Source of the DNA: Tubiluchus corallicola
Taxonomy: Eukaryota; Animalia; Priapulida
DNA length: 64,000 nucleotides
Reading direction: 5' to 3'
Assembly: GCA_030141605.1 (NCBI GenBank)
Contig: JAQGDQ010002373.1
Span: forward strand, 281,921-345,920
The first letter of the stretch is position 1. The number at the start of each line of letters is the position of its first letter. Both the position numbers and the translations under genes were made by a program. The notes beneath the pieces were generated by a model. It made no database searches, was not told where the DNA came from, and saw only the letters and a program-made list of their open reading frames with translations. Of the stretch, positions 13,501-28,500 are shown piece after piece.

Positions 13501-16500
13501 GCATTCAAACTAATGCACTGTATTTTGGGGCAAGCTGCATAGCCAAGTGGTCACTTGTGAATATTTCTTGACTGTCTGGGTTCAATACTTGTGTAAGTTT
13601 TATGCATCTTATTGGTTGTGGCTGGATATACCTCATAGAAGATGTACGTCATCACTCGGATGTCCCTACTGTTGATGATGGCTTGTCTTAGAGAGTTACC
13701 TGTGATAATGAGCTAGGTTTTCGTCCTACCACAACCATTGTTTCTTGAGTACACGTGTTGGTAAGTGAGCGCTTGCGATTATGACTTGCAGTGTGGTGAA
13801 GTGTGTAAAAAATGAAAGGATCGTATGTGGTATTGTTTACTGAACTCACAGACATAACCACATCCCACCGATGAATGAGATAACCTAGAAATAATGTTGT
13901 TGAAAAGCCAAGTGAAGTATGGCAGAATACATGGAAAATATGGGCTGTGAGGTTAGGATTGGTAACGAGGTGTGACACAGGCTACTGACAGATGATTATA
14001 TCTGAGCACTATAGAAAAGCACTGTATAAGTAAGAATGAGAATGTACATGTAGAATCAGTTAACATACTGTTGGCAATTGAAGGCCATATTCCCAGTCTA
14101 TGAAGTTTACCATAACAGGTATTTTTTGATAAATTGTGCTGAAGTCTAGGACATGCACATGCACGGATTTAGTTAGCTTTCAAGTTTTAACTTTTGTGTT
14201 TTTGATGCTTATAAAGGCAGTAAATAACTGTTCAAAAACGATAAGCTAGCCAACTGAACTTTATTTGAATGACATAACATTCAACAGTAGTTGGATGTTT
14301 TTCAAGCTGATAATGATGTGATGTGTTGTCACCTTCTCTCATCTTTAAAGATACACAAGTTATCAGTATTTAATTAAGATATAGTAGCAACTCATTATAC
14401 ATTTGTAAAACAAAGATTTTAGAACTTAGGGAAGTTATTCACCTAACTAAATTGATATGTTTATTTGCCGCACATGTAGCAGTTAATGTGATCAATTTCC
14501 ATCCACGTTGCTTTCCTAGTCGTTGTCGAGACAATGCTCAGGTAAATGAATACATGAGATCAGAGGTATGCATAAGTGATTGAGGTCAACTGTTCCAACA
14601 TTATACATGAATGTTCACCATGACCAAACATTTGTTTAATGCCTTATGTTGGTACGTTGTTAAGATGCTTGGCCATGCTGTTCATCATTTACTGTAGAAG
14701 TGTTAAGATTGCAAATTGTCATTAAGTGGCATAAAGTTGTTAACTGTAGCTGCAAGTTTGTGAGTATTTATGAAAATTGTAAAGGTCTGTACCCTAACTA
14801 ATTTCGTTTTTTCATATGCAAGTATTTGCTCATTGTATGACTCGCTGAAACTGGATAGTTAAACTGTGAATGAAAAATCAGGAACTAGTTCTACCCACTT
14901 CTCAGGAATCACCATATTCAGTGAAGGTGTCAAAAATTTGGATTTTGGAGAAGTAAAACAAGCTTATCAGAACTTAGTTGTTGCAGAACTTAGTTGTTTT
15001 GTTTCCGGGCTTTACACTACTCTATCGTTTAACAGCCCTAGATCACACCAAGTCTTGTACCCAGCAGCCGTGTAAATTACATCAGTCATCTAAAAAGAGC
15101 TTTATAATGATTTCCAAACATTTTGACTACATACTAGTGTTCAAGAGCGTAGCCAGGTCATAGAATTAGAAGTAGCAAGCACATAAAAAAGGCACCGTCA
15201 CATTTACCAAACATTTTTTAACGCATTAATTATACATTTTTGGTTTGTATTTAAAATCAAAACATGAGGAAAATGTAGTTCTAAAGTACATAACTATTGT
15301 GTTATATTTAAAATTAAAACACAATGAAAAGTTTTATAGTAAGCTCATAAATCTCAAAATATACTAAAATGTGTGTTATTTAATTACTTTGATTTTACAT
15401 GTAAAAAAAAAGATTCAACTTTTATCGCACAAGAGAACTAAATAGTTAAAAAATTTCAAAAGGCTCCAATTTTGAAATATGTGCTTGGGGAAGCAGTGGT
15501 TCCCCTTACTCCCCTATTAGCTATACTACTGTTAGTGTCTTATATGTCCACATGTATTTAGTTGTGCCACATACAAGGACATTGAATTTCACGTTCACCA
15601 ATTTCATCTCCCCCATTTTTGAAGGTGCATAATTTTAGTCGGAATATTTATCACGTGTTTATAATCACTATTTCACTCTTTTGTTAAAATGTGCTATATA
15701 AATTTGCTTTTGTTTAAAAAAATGCTTATGTTAACAGTGCAGTGAATGCACAGTATATTAATTTTGGTATTTAACATGGGCTGTTTCGGCCTGTTTGGTG
15801 CTCAAGGCAGAATAAACTGGTGGCCTTTGGTCACTTTGCTATCCTCAGTCTAAATGTCTTTATGAGAACTGTGCGTTTGTATGTTTTTGTGATTACCGCG
15901 AGACATACATAGTTTCGTATTGCTTTTCACATTTGTTGTGCTGCAAACATGCTGTGCTATGTTATTTTCTTACGATAATATTGTAATCAAAAATTCGCAC
16001 TTTTTTGCACCACCTGACACAACAATATTTTTTCTACTTGCAAAAATAGCAGAAATTTCATTTTTAAGAAGAATTTAAATTATTCTGATTATTTTATTCG
16101 TGAACATTACAAAATTGATAAGTATGAGACTTTTGCTCAGCTTTAGGAGAAAGTGACACAAGTTGTACACAAAGCACGTGTGCCTTTGTCAGGTAATTGG
16201 GTTTTGCCCTCGAGCTAAAATCTAGAAATATTTAACCCCGCTTAATGCAGAGGTTAAAATGTTTTGTGCTAGATTATGATATGTCAGAGTTCATTTTTTA
16301 ACATTTCCAAAACCATGTTGGATATATATTTAACTATGCCATTCTTGAGTTCATAAGCCCTGCAATGGATGTGATATATTAAAATGTGTATATGTACTAA
16401 CATATATTAGTTTTTGGTACTTTTTTAATTCAAAATTTGCTAAAGTTTTTTCATAATAAAATACCATTTTCAAACTTTGAAGCATTCGGTTGCTTGTTTA

Positions 16501-19500
16501 TCTTGCATGATCACAATTTTTTTAATGTCTAGTGATCTTGTATGTGAATCTTATGTTTTGTTGAACTGATGTTAGCACATTGATTGTGTATACATGTTTT
16601 TATTTACCATTTATTCGTATATGTTTAGCACAAACAATACAGTCACGTTAGTGAACTAGTGCAGAAAAGTATGCAACGTTAGCCTTATTATAACACACTC
16701 GCACAATATACAAAAAAAAAATTGAATAAATTTTTAAATGCTAATGAATTAGTAATATACTATGTCAAAATACATAAACAATGTAAATAGGTAGAGTTTC
16801 ACAATACTGTTTTTAACTCACAGTACTGTTTTTAACTCACAGTACTGTTTTTAACTCTGTGTGTCTCTCTATCTATCTTCATCTGCTTTCTTGCCTATGC
16901 TTTCAATGTTTTTTCATACTTTTTCTTCCTTTCTTCACATATCCACAATGCTTTACACAAGTATGTTTACTTCTCAAGTACCTCACTTACATACTTGCTT
17001 TTTAAAGCTCTGATTTAATTATACAGTATCATTGTTGTTCAAATGTATGTAATTATGTGGATCTAATAATCTTATAAATCTGTGAAAGCGAATACAGTTT
17101 TTTAAATATACAAATTTATGGTAGCCAGGAATGACAGCTGTTAGTGATTAGAATTGATTATTCACTAATTGATTAAATGAGTGCTTGATTTGTTGCATTA
17201 AATAACAATACACGTAACTTGCAAACTGTTACGAACATTCTGCCCTAACTAATGCGTTGTACTTTTTATTCATCCACGAAATTTAGCAGATTACAGTTTG
17301 CTGTGATCAGATCCTATTGATATAGGAATTGATTTTGTGAATGACAACTGCCTGCGTTTTGATTGTTCGCGGTTATCGACAAATACCCATAAAGGCGTGT
17401 TGAGTTGCATGACCCCCTTACCTAATTTCACTTTTTCTGCAAGCAGACCTGCTGCCTCTTGTCAAAATTACGTATGTAACTAAAATGTCCGACGCGTTGC
17501 GTAGTTGTGATGTTTTTTGTATGTTCAGTGTTGGTTACAATCCAAGCTGTCATTGACATTGTAAGTGAATAATTTATAAAGACGTTGTTATTGTTGTTCT
17601 TTTTTTTGAAAACTTGACATTGAATGAGTGAGCATTATCGTCGGTAGTTTAATTTTATTTTGCGAATCTTTAAGTGAAGTTGTCCAGGCTGTTGTTTTCA
17701 GTTGCTACTTTTCATACAGATATTTGGTTTCCAATATGAAGTAATCACATTTTCATTATTCAAATAAACTAAATTTGCTAATTAATTTTTAATCGGTATT
17801 TTACTTTTATGTTGTTACTCAAGGCTATTAATTAAAAATAATTGTTGTTTTATCAGACAATTGGAACTAGCAGTGAAAAAAAACTTAGTCGCAGCTCTTA
17901 CATGTTCGGGATACTGTATGCATGTAATTAATAATTTCAATTATACGAATTTGTTAAATATAATGTCATTTTAAACAATTGTTAATCATAATCGTTTGTC
18001 TAATCATAATAAGCTATAAATGTCTAATAGCTAGCCTATTAAAAAACTAAAAAATTAACAGTTGGCTCTAAGATACGATCTCTCTTAATGTCCATGCACT
18101 GGCTAATGTTTGTTGTTGTCGTTGTCTTTGTTTGCTTTCAATCACGTTTGCACTAGTCACACATAACTTTTATATTATTGGTACTAGTTTATGGTGACAA
18201 CAGTAATTATAACTTAGTAATGCATATATTTATTACGTAATATATATAGTTCAATTAATGCCACGCAGGCAAGATGTGTTAGTCAACTTATCGCGCACAG
18301 TTAATTAATTAATTAATAAATCGATTAATGTTAGCTTTAATGAAGATTGGTTACTAGTGTGAACGGTTTTTCAATTTGCAATTTGACCGTGCACGCATGC
18401 TGAGAATGATTTTCATTTACTGCGTGCTCAATGCTCACAAGCGCACAGTCCGCTGAGAGTTTTCTCACGCATATGCGTGCGTGAGTGATTGACATCTGAT
18501 CAGGCGGCCGTTCTCTGCATTAAACTGTTTACTTTGCATAAAAACGGCGCTCAAAACAAGCGAGTATTGTATGCGAAAACGCTGCTTTGTGTTATTATGA
18601 CAGTTTTTATTGTATTACAGCATATTATACAGGCAATTAAGTGCCCTGGCTGTGGTCGAGAAACACAGCTTGCCTTGTCGGCGCAGAGCGGCCTTGAGCG
18701 CATCTTACTGGCGTGGAACATCTTGATAGGAGAAAAACTTTGCTGAGTTGTTCTCAATATGTCTTTAGTGCCAGATTTACTAGATGAAGATAGACGCTGC
18801 ACAGTTTAGCACTGATTACACAAGTTCTGCTTATTATCCTTGAGGCGGGGTGGGGCAGGCTATCTCCTTGAAGCAGCCCAGTCGTTATTCTTAATAAGTA
18901 TTCGGGTGATTGGAAAATGGAAATTGTCTTTAATTTTTATTAACAGATTTCTTTCTTTTTGGTATTTGATAGACGTTAGTTTGCCTGCCGCCTTTTAGTA
19001 CAGACCTTGGACTAGCTGCTCTCTGGTCGATCCTATTGTGACTTTTCATTGGTTAGATAGATAGATTTTTTATTTTTAATATCCCTGAAGCTTGCATACT
19101 GATGTACGTTCACCTGCTCAGTTTATTCAAGAAAATTTGCTGAAGCGACTTTCAGACTTAAAGCTTCTAGCATGTTGGAACTTAGAAATGTTTCACATTA
19201 AAAGCATTCAAAGCAAGAATCCCAGTAATTAGGTGCTGCAGTTGAATAATTTCTAGCAATTGCGTGTTATTTGTATTTGTATGCCTGCACTTAGTGTATG
19301 TGAATGCTCACAGTGTCCCTACTTTGCCGTCAGGTACTAGCCCGTTGCACATGCTAGCATTATGTGGGCGTCATTACGGGCCGTGCTATTACCCTTTACA
19401 TGCAAGTGGGTGCGCTGCGCCCCTCCACCCCCCGGGCGCAATGCAAACGCCCGCAGCGGAATAACAGTCCTGTCTCAGTCACACCAGTATAAAGGCGTTT

Positions 19501-22500
19501 TGTCTTGCCATGAATGGCACACATTCAGACTGAAAACTAATTTCTAGCACTATAATTTCATCAAGAGCGTCAAAATTATACTGGTTTGTGAAAAGTCACG
19601 GCCAGAAGCTGTGGAGCGGTGGTCGGGAGAGAATGTGGGTACTGGATGATGCTCCATCTTGCAAACCTCGTGTCACGCTGATTTTTACTCCCAAGGTAAG
19701 GTTGATTAATCACATTGCACTGTTGTTTTTGGCCTTTGATTAAGTATTGATTGGCGGCTGGTCTGATTCCGAACACACTCGGAGCAAACGACGATCTGTC
19801 TCTTTCTCTCTCTCGCGATCCTATTTCTGTGTCTTTTTCATTCTCTGGCTCTTTTCCGTTTCTCTTTCTCTTTTTCTTGGTCTGTCCTCCTCAGTTATCA
19901 AGAAAGACGGAATAGCGGTAAATCTTCCTAAATAGCGGCAAGGTTTTTTTTTACAAAAAATTGATTTATCAGTTACAAATTGCTGTGCAGTTCAATAAAG
20001 ATGTACGGGCATCATGGCATGTGTTGTTTATTTATCATTTAATGAATATTGATTTAACAGTGAAACTAATCAGTGCTTCTCCGTCCTTCGACTTGTGTAA
20101 TTATTATAAAGAGAGTAAAGATGTTCACATTTTCAAATGAAGAAGCAAGAGATATTGTTGGTAATGATCCCATGTATCTTCACTTTTGTAATATGAAATA
20201 TCTGTTTAACTTTACGGAACAACCTCTTATTAAGTAGATTTTCTTTATACATTATAAGCTAATACTCATATTCGTATGTAATGTAAATTGACATAAAGTA
20301 AACTCACTTACTTCTCTTACTTTGCTGCTTTTAAATTGTTTGTTGCTTTAAATCAGTTGTTCACAAAAGCAAATCTAACCATACTTGTACTGGGGTTGTA
20401 CATTAGTAGTTTTGTATAGTAGTGATGGTATTCAATGTATTGTATAATATCATAAAAATACAAGTTGAGGCAATGCGATGATGATGATGGTGACCATGAC
20501 GATGACGATAGCGATGATGACAATATGTTCTATCCTTCCCCCTTGTGTCCCATATTATCTTTTTTTCGCTGTTTTTCTCTGTCAGTTGTTCTTACATTAC
20601 TAGCCCATTTTTTAGCCTTTTTGGTTACTAGTCTTCTGCAACTCCTTTGTGCACTTCATGAGGAAAAACGTGTCAATTAAATAGCCAGTGATTATGACGA
20701 TTGTAATTCATAGCTCTTGTTTACTTTATGAAGTTTTTTTCGACACACATGTATTTCTATTTATACTGTGCCTTTTCTTTATTCGCTAATATTTTTTTTG
20801 GCTTCACTTTTGATCCATCTAAGGAATTGCTTCCTTTTTTTGTTTTCATCAAAATCTGCCTATGTAGGGAGTTAATAATAGAGATTCATTCATTACTGTT
20901 CAGTGTCTCTACCATTATCGACGACGACGTAATGTCTGTTAATTTTGTGTTACCCATATCCGTCTAGCGTTTGGAAAACTTCAAGTAATGTGCTGCTGTT
21001 ATATTATAGGCATGTAGGCATGCGTTGATGTAACGTGTTGACAAAATGAATACTATGTCAAAAAATTTTTGCGTCCTATTCTTACACATACTATTGAAAT
21101 TTAGACGGTTTTTAGCGTCTACTGTACTACTACAGTTTTTTTTTATAATTTACATCCATATACTACGAATGGTAAGTATCCATACGTTTAAAATATGGGA
21201 CTTGTCATCTTTAACATAAAAAACATAATGCCCATTATAGTCTCAATGACCATATATATAATTTCAGTGGTATATAGGGGAGGAACGGGGGCGAAAAGCC
21301 TCCAAAAATGGCCATTTTGCCATTTTTTTTTTGCAAAACTTATACCTCTCATTTCTAGCATTATATTATTTCAGAAGCTTTCACTCTAGCGGTATTATCA
21401 GCAGGAAATTACATAAGAAGTGTTAAAACAGTATATACCGGTGTGAAACAAGAACATTAAAAACAAAAATAGTTGCTAAGCAACAATAAGGCATTATGTT
21501 TTTTGTGTTAAACATGCGTACGTGTTCGTGCAATTTTTACTACTTTATCGCTGGCCTCTTTCATTTATTGGGCCCATTCATTTATTTACTGTGCCGGCGC
21601 TCCTGTCTTAGCATACTGATAAGCTCTTTCACTGCTCATCTCAGGTGCCTCCTTTCCTCATAGACGCGCCAGGATATTGTAATGCCAATCAGTAAGCCGG
21701 CTAGCCTAAAAGGGAAACTATATATAAGAACAGCCAGCAAGTGTCTCGAACTCGCGACCATTTGACTGTGCGTTGATTGTTGATATAACACCTTGAATTC
21801 AGTAGCGTGCGCTTTGTAAGAAAATTTGGGCGAGACGCTGTTACCAAAGGTGTCATTGATGTCAAGTAGTGTAACAATTTGTAAAATTGATGACGCACGT
21901 AATTGTTTTTGCACTGTAGGTCAGGCTTTTATCGCCAGCTTTTGTCACACTGTTCTAGACTGTTTGAGTTACACCGAATTTAATTTAACCAATTGCTTCT
22001 TAAGGTGATACATTGGCATTTTGTAAAAGCTAAACCGCTTTGTTTCTAGATTTATTATTATTTGTCACAAAAAGCAATGTACATTCAATGATACGTAACA
22101 CTAATAACAAAATGGCATACCAAAATGTATAATGATGCATACAGGAATTATTATGCTTAATAAATAGCTCATTGTAAGTGGTAATAACACTCGTTAGTAG
22201 TCACAATTTTTCGAGTGAGCGCTGTGTGCAGCAATATTGTTATTAAAATTGACAAACAAACGTCCTGCAAAAACGTTTTACACATAATCGTGGAATTGTT
22301 ATCGTTTTACACATAATTAAAGTGTGTGCCAACAAGTATTGTACTCATTAACAAAGGCATGAACAAGTATATGAGTAAAGTATGTAAATTATGTAAAGTA
22401 CCTAATAAACGTCCATGCAGTACTGAACAATCAATGACGGCTCTCCGCTGTCTTTTGCTACCCCGTCTCAAATACTTCACTAAGTCTGCTATAGAAATAA

Positions 22501-25500
22501 TAAGTTTGCTTTAAATAATTATTATATTGGACATTAAAATATTTTTTAGTAGAATATTCAAGAGAAAAGTCAACGACAAGGAATTATACAATTGCTTAAC
22601 CCACACTGTATGATGTTTTTGAAAGAGGACATCTTGTAGCTCTGTTCCTTTCTCTTTCTAAAGCACTAGTTGTTTGTATATGATATTCAGTAAAATTTTA
22701 AGTAAATTGTGTGGGAGGTTTGTCATGCAAAAGCCATTTATAGAAGCTCAGTATCTGAAACTATTTATTTGTAAAGCATTTTTTGGAACTCTTTTTCAAA
22801 TTTCTGAAAACTTGACAAAATGTCAAATTAACAATCACCATGACTGATTTTTAACCACACGCCAATGTTTCAGTAATTTGCCTCATCAATCACAAATTAC
22901 GTTAACACAGCTTTGCTGTTTTTCTATCAATTTGATCATAGAAATAAGAAAATTTGAATGTTTTAGCAGAGCTCATGAATTTAATTAATTGCAGCATTTG
23001 CAACCAAAACTCTCAAGAACTAATGAATGTCACATTAATAACTAATTAATTAAACTATCATTAATTTTTAGCATGGATTTCTGTACGTATCTTATTTTAC
23101 TTGCACAAGATTTAACCAATTGAAATAAAAGTAAACTTGCTAATTGCCTGGTTGACTCACAATTTTTTCACACTTTTGTTGTTCAGTTAATCAACTATTA
23201 TTGTTGTTGTTGTCGTCGTCGTTGTCATCATCATCATCATCATCATTAGTATTTATTTATTCATTGGGTTATCACATTTCAATGTGTAAAAATCTATTAT
23301 TGAGTTGAGAGCCAACTAATTTGATGACATTTAAAATTTATCTATGAGTTTGGAGTTTGATTACAAACATTATGATTCTTTTTAACTCGCTAATTACTGC
23401 TTTCAGGCTGAGATTTCCCTGAAAAAGAAAAAGTTTTTTTTAATTATAATTTTTGGGGTCATCACTCATGATGCTCTACCTGCCCCTTCACTAGGATCCA
23501 CCTTCACTAGTGGTGACTCCTTAATCCAACGTGCTACTCACTCAGTAACTGGTTTTACTCCTGTCTTACAATTTTAACGCAACATTGAACTTTCTTAAAT
23601 TTAGCTTGAAGAAGACAAAGTGCCCTTTAAGTCTCAAAAAAAATTATTTTCCCTGGTGCATTTGTGCTTGGTAGAGATACAACAATTTAAAAAATCATAA
23701 AAATTATAGATAAAACTACATGTAAAGTGTAAGTATACAATGGCATTAAAATAAGGGATACAAAATTCATTAAGAAGCTGTATTAAAAACTAAAATAGAA
23801 AAAAAAATCATTGGGAAGCTGTATTAAAAACTTATTTAGAAAAAACATTACAATTTCTAATTAATAAAAAAAATCAAGATCAAAATGAAACTGCTGACAA
23901 ACATACCTGAAGCTACTTGTATGGCCTAGAATAGATCATGAAATAAAGCCTTCTTAATGAACTTTGTATCCTCTATTTTAATGTCATTGTATACTTACAC
24001 TTTACATGTAGTCCGTGACGGAATGAAAGCTTCTGGAAAAATAAAAGTTTTTGAGATTCAAAGGGCACTGTGACTTCTTTATGATTATTTCTTGAATTTA
24101 GTATGCTTCATGCATTTAAGAAATTCTGACATTCGTAGTGCTGTTATCTCAGACATAATGACTCTCTAGTTATTTCTTACTTTCTTTGTTTGTGTTTTTA
24201 CGATATTTGATTGATTTCTTGTAAGAATACACACTTTCCTGGAAATTTATCTTTTCTTTGTTTTCTGTGCTACATTTACAGGTTTAATTAAAAAGTAGAC
24301 AAATGAAAAATGTTGGTTTTTTTTGTTTATTTTGGTTTTATGTCATTGGATTACTTTTAAGATTATACGTATTCCATGAAAGTGATTGCTAATATTTGAC
24401 TGCATTGTCAGGACTTAGAAAAAACAGAATGACACCTGGCAAGGTAACGTTCCATTAGTCATTGCTTGAGTTTCATTTCAGGTGTTTAAAATTATACTTT
24501 GCCATTTCCGCTGCATTTTATGTACATTTGTACATAAATATTCATTTATTTTGGTTGTTTAAATTAATTTTAAATATTTTCTTTTAGTCAAAAAGAAAGT
24601 CAGAACGTGATGAGCCTACCACAGAGAACTGTGCTGCCAAGATCAAGCGCAAGTCGGGCGATTCCCCAACTGGAACACCGAATTCTTCTTCCACCAGAAA
24701 AATGTGCCAATTTAGCGATAGCCTACCACCGTTCTATTCCCAGTAAGTGTGGTACAGTCGTATCTTATACGTATTTTTATAGCAAAATTGCTACCTTTCA
24801 TTTTAAAGAAAAGTAGGAGTCCGCTAAGTGCCAGTTTAAATTCAGCAATATTACTGCGTTTTTAAACGAAAATTTCAGGTCAGCTAGTTATCATTACCCA
24901 CCACAAGAGGGAGTGATGGCAGACCGTCATCAGGCTTTTGGTTTACCAACAGGCGCTACATCTGCCTCATTAACGCCACGACGACGCATCCCGTCCAAAT
25001 CTAATCCACCAGTGGAGATGAACGAGTGGCTAAAAGTATTTCAGGTCAGTTTACTTTGAGATTCATACTGATCGCAAATTTAGAAATGGAAAAAAATTGC
25101 TCATAGTTAATCGTTGTGTGTAGATAAAGTTGTATGTTTGAGAAAGCTTGTGGTCATCTGAATCTGAAAAAATGTAGTCTCTTGATTCTTTTACGAAGGT
25201 GATGATTTCTTTATTGTAAGAGCTAAATATTTTTTGTATTTACTTTTAGTCATGGAGTAATGCTGAGCGCTTGCTAGCGTTAGATCAACTAATAGAATTA
25301 TGTGAGCCAACACAGGTACGACATATCATGACTGTTATTGAGCCACAATTTCAGAGGGATTTTATCAGCTTATTGCCAAAAGAGGTAATTAACTGTTTTT
25401 CATTTCTCATGTTAACATATTTCTTAGGTTAACAAGTAATTCTAATATTCACATAATTTGAGTTTTGATACAAATTTTTGCTGCGTCAGAAATGGTAATT

Positions 25501-28500
25501 TGTAAGAGCACTAGCTTATAATGCTTCCTCTTACTTGTCAGTTCTGTTGCCATTTTATGCACATTTTATGGTCAACACCAAAGTTTAGAGCACTGATTCT
25601 GCCATCTAGTTGAATTGCTGTTGAACTAACAGGAGTTGGTATGCCTCTAAGCCAGTGGTTCTTAACCTTGTTGGAGGTACCGAACCCCACCAGTTTCATA
25701 TGCGCATTCACCGAACCCTTCTTTAGTGAAAAATAAAATATGATTTTTTTCAAATTCAAGACATAGATATGTTTTTTACTGGTACACAAAATGAGCCGTG
25801 CATGAACATCACCTTATTCAAAGAACAAAACCAACACAATGCATAAACTCACAACAAATTACATACCTGCAAATCAGTGTGACTTCTGCTGTTGCCTTTG
25901 AGAGACCAGTTCAGATATGCATGGCTTCACCTTGGCCACTCTGCTGAACCCCTGAGATCGACTCACCGAACCCCTAGGGTTCGATCGAATCCAGGTTAAG
26001 AACCACTGCTCTAAGCTAATAGTTTTTCATGCACTATTTGTAGTTGCTAATGTTAATTATTGTGTACTCCTAATATTTAAAAAAAACTTGGAAATGACCA
26101 GCATTTGTGCATTGCAATTTCACCTAATGCATCATAATTAGTCATTTGAACGAGAGAGGAAAACCGTGTAAATATTCTTTTGTTTTAGCTTTTTTGTAAA
26201 CTTTCTGGTTCGTTTTAGAAAAATAGTCTGCAATTTGCTGTCGCAATTTATTGACCATGGCTCATTTAAGTTTTACACTCACGACAGAGACATTCATTCA
26301 TTCATTTTCATATAAAATTTAATGCCTGCGGGCCATTTTTCCAAAATTGCTTAAATTTTTTTGAACTTTGGAAAATTATAAGACTATTATGCTTAGATAA
26401 GTTGTGTTTGCTGTTGAAAAACTAACTGCTTACAGTCAGTAATAATTAATAGATCAGTAATAGTTAATAGATAATGATACAGAGTGAAATTAATGCATAA
26501 CATAATGTTGACCTTTTTAGCTTGCCCTGTACGTGTTGTCGTTTTTGGAGCCTCGGTCACTTTTACATGCGGCTCAGACATGTCGTTATTGGCGTGTGTT
26601 AGCCGAGGATAATCTACTTTGGCGAGAGAAGTGCCGAGAAGCTGGAATAGACGAGGCAGTCGTGTTTAACAAGTATGTATGCAGTTTTATACAGAGCACG
26701 ACATTGGCTTTTTGTTCTTATACGAATGAAGCATAGAAACATGATTAAGAATGTTTGCTATTAAAAATAAGCTAGTGACAGCATGGTTTCAGTCAAACTC
26801 GATTGACTTCCAATCATTCACTTTTACATTGCGCTTGTGGCAAAATTTTTGCCTTGCGCCTAGTTTCTTGAATTTCATATACATTAGAATCTTGTTTTGT
26901 CACGGTGTTTGTGATGGCATAGCCTGTTATACTTGCATATTACATATTACAGTAAAACTTACATATTACATGCACGTGCATCCACTGAACATTACACTTG
27001 TGTTAGTAATCTCTTGTCACCCCTTTCCGTAAATGAAACTGCTAATAATGGGGTTGTCATTTTCTACTGTATTAGCTCAAACACCTGAAACCATTTAAAC
27101 TATTCTAAGTAGAGCATACCTGCTTCATGGGACTCTTTAGTAGAGCAAACAAAAGTGTATACCCAACGACAGAGATATTTTTAGAATGCGATTTTGTCCT
27201 GAAACTCTTAGAACTATGAGATGTTCTTATCAATTGTGTGCATAAAATTTCAAAAGTATTTTGCTGTTTTATTTTCATCTTTCATTTATTGTTCCAGTTT
27301 TTATGTTGATAGATAATACTTCCTTTAAGCTTTTAAATTGGTGCGGAGAATTAAGTTGTCTAAGTCTTGATTTTTATATCCATCTTGATGAAGAAATTCT
27401 GTCGCAAATATTTCATTTGTCTCAGGTCGTTTTTTTTTACAGATTTCCTTGCTTTGTTTTTATCTAGGAAACGAAGATTAGTCTCTGGCACTCATCGAAG
27501 TCCTTGGAAAAGTGCTTACATGCGACAGCATCAGATTGAAATGAATTGGCGAGTCGGTCAAATTCGCACGCCCAAGGTATAAGTTAAGAACGTGCGCTGT
27601 TATTTATAATCTTTAAATTTTTATAACATTGTCACTTAATAATGGTATGAGCTATTAGTTGAGATTTTTTTAACCAGACTTGTTCAAATAAAAAAATGTG
27701 AAAAGCTGAGAACGAACCTAGCTGATATTGGACTTGTAGTCTAAAGTTAGTTCTGGCTATTTCAATTTCTTATCTTGGCATTGGATTTAGAATCCAAAAG
27801 TCCAGGTTTAAATTAGGGCTCAGTTTCGGTTATGTTTGCCTTACAAAAAAACCTTGAGTTGTCAGTTTATTCTATTACGATATTCTACATTTCAGTTTCT
27901 ATCCTGCCCATATGTTTTGGTAAGCAAAACTAAAGATTTTTTTATTTAATATTGGAAAAATATTTGTGCTTTTCTAGGTGTTGAAGGGACACGATGATCA
28001 TGTTATCACCTGTCTGCAGTTCTCAGGTAACCGGGTTGTCAGCGGATCGGATGACAACACGCTCAAGGTGTGGTCAGCAACCACCGGAAAGGTAAGCGAA
28101 GTTTCTTTGGACACATATCTTATTTATTGTTTCATAAATGTTCCATCAATACAAATGTAAACATACAACAATGTATAGAATAACAAACAAAATGCTAAGT
28201 CACACTTTTGCCTACAGTTTCATTGTGTCCGTTGTACATACAGACCTATGAAGCAAAGTTCAAAAACTTTTGTGTAACAAATTAGGAAAGCCTGTTTTAA
28301 TTTAATAGTTGTAACAACATAATACAACATCCAACTTTTTCTAGTGTTTACGCACACTTGTTGGTCACACTGGCGGTGTTTGGTCATCACAGATGTCGGG
28401 TAACATTATAATCAGTGGTTCAACTGACCGCACACTAAAGGTTTGGAATGCCGACACTGGACAGTGTACGCACACTCTGTACGGGCACACGTCAACTGTA

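Noticed and set aside
18489-18802. Overlapping ORFs in a CpG-richer patch of the long FBXW7 intron
   Set aside because: No convincing in-phase donor or recognisable protein. It may be regulatory, but that cannot be supported from sequence alone.
20465-20680. ORF with an Asp-rich start
   Set aside because: Derived from a (GAT)n simple repeat, as at about 11790, 23225 and 61700.
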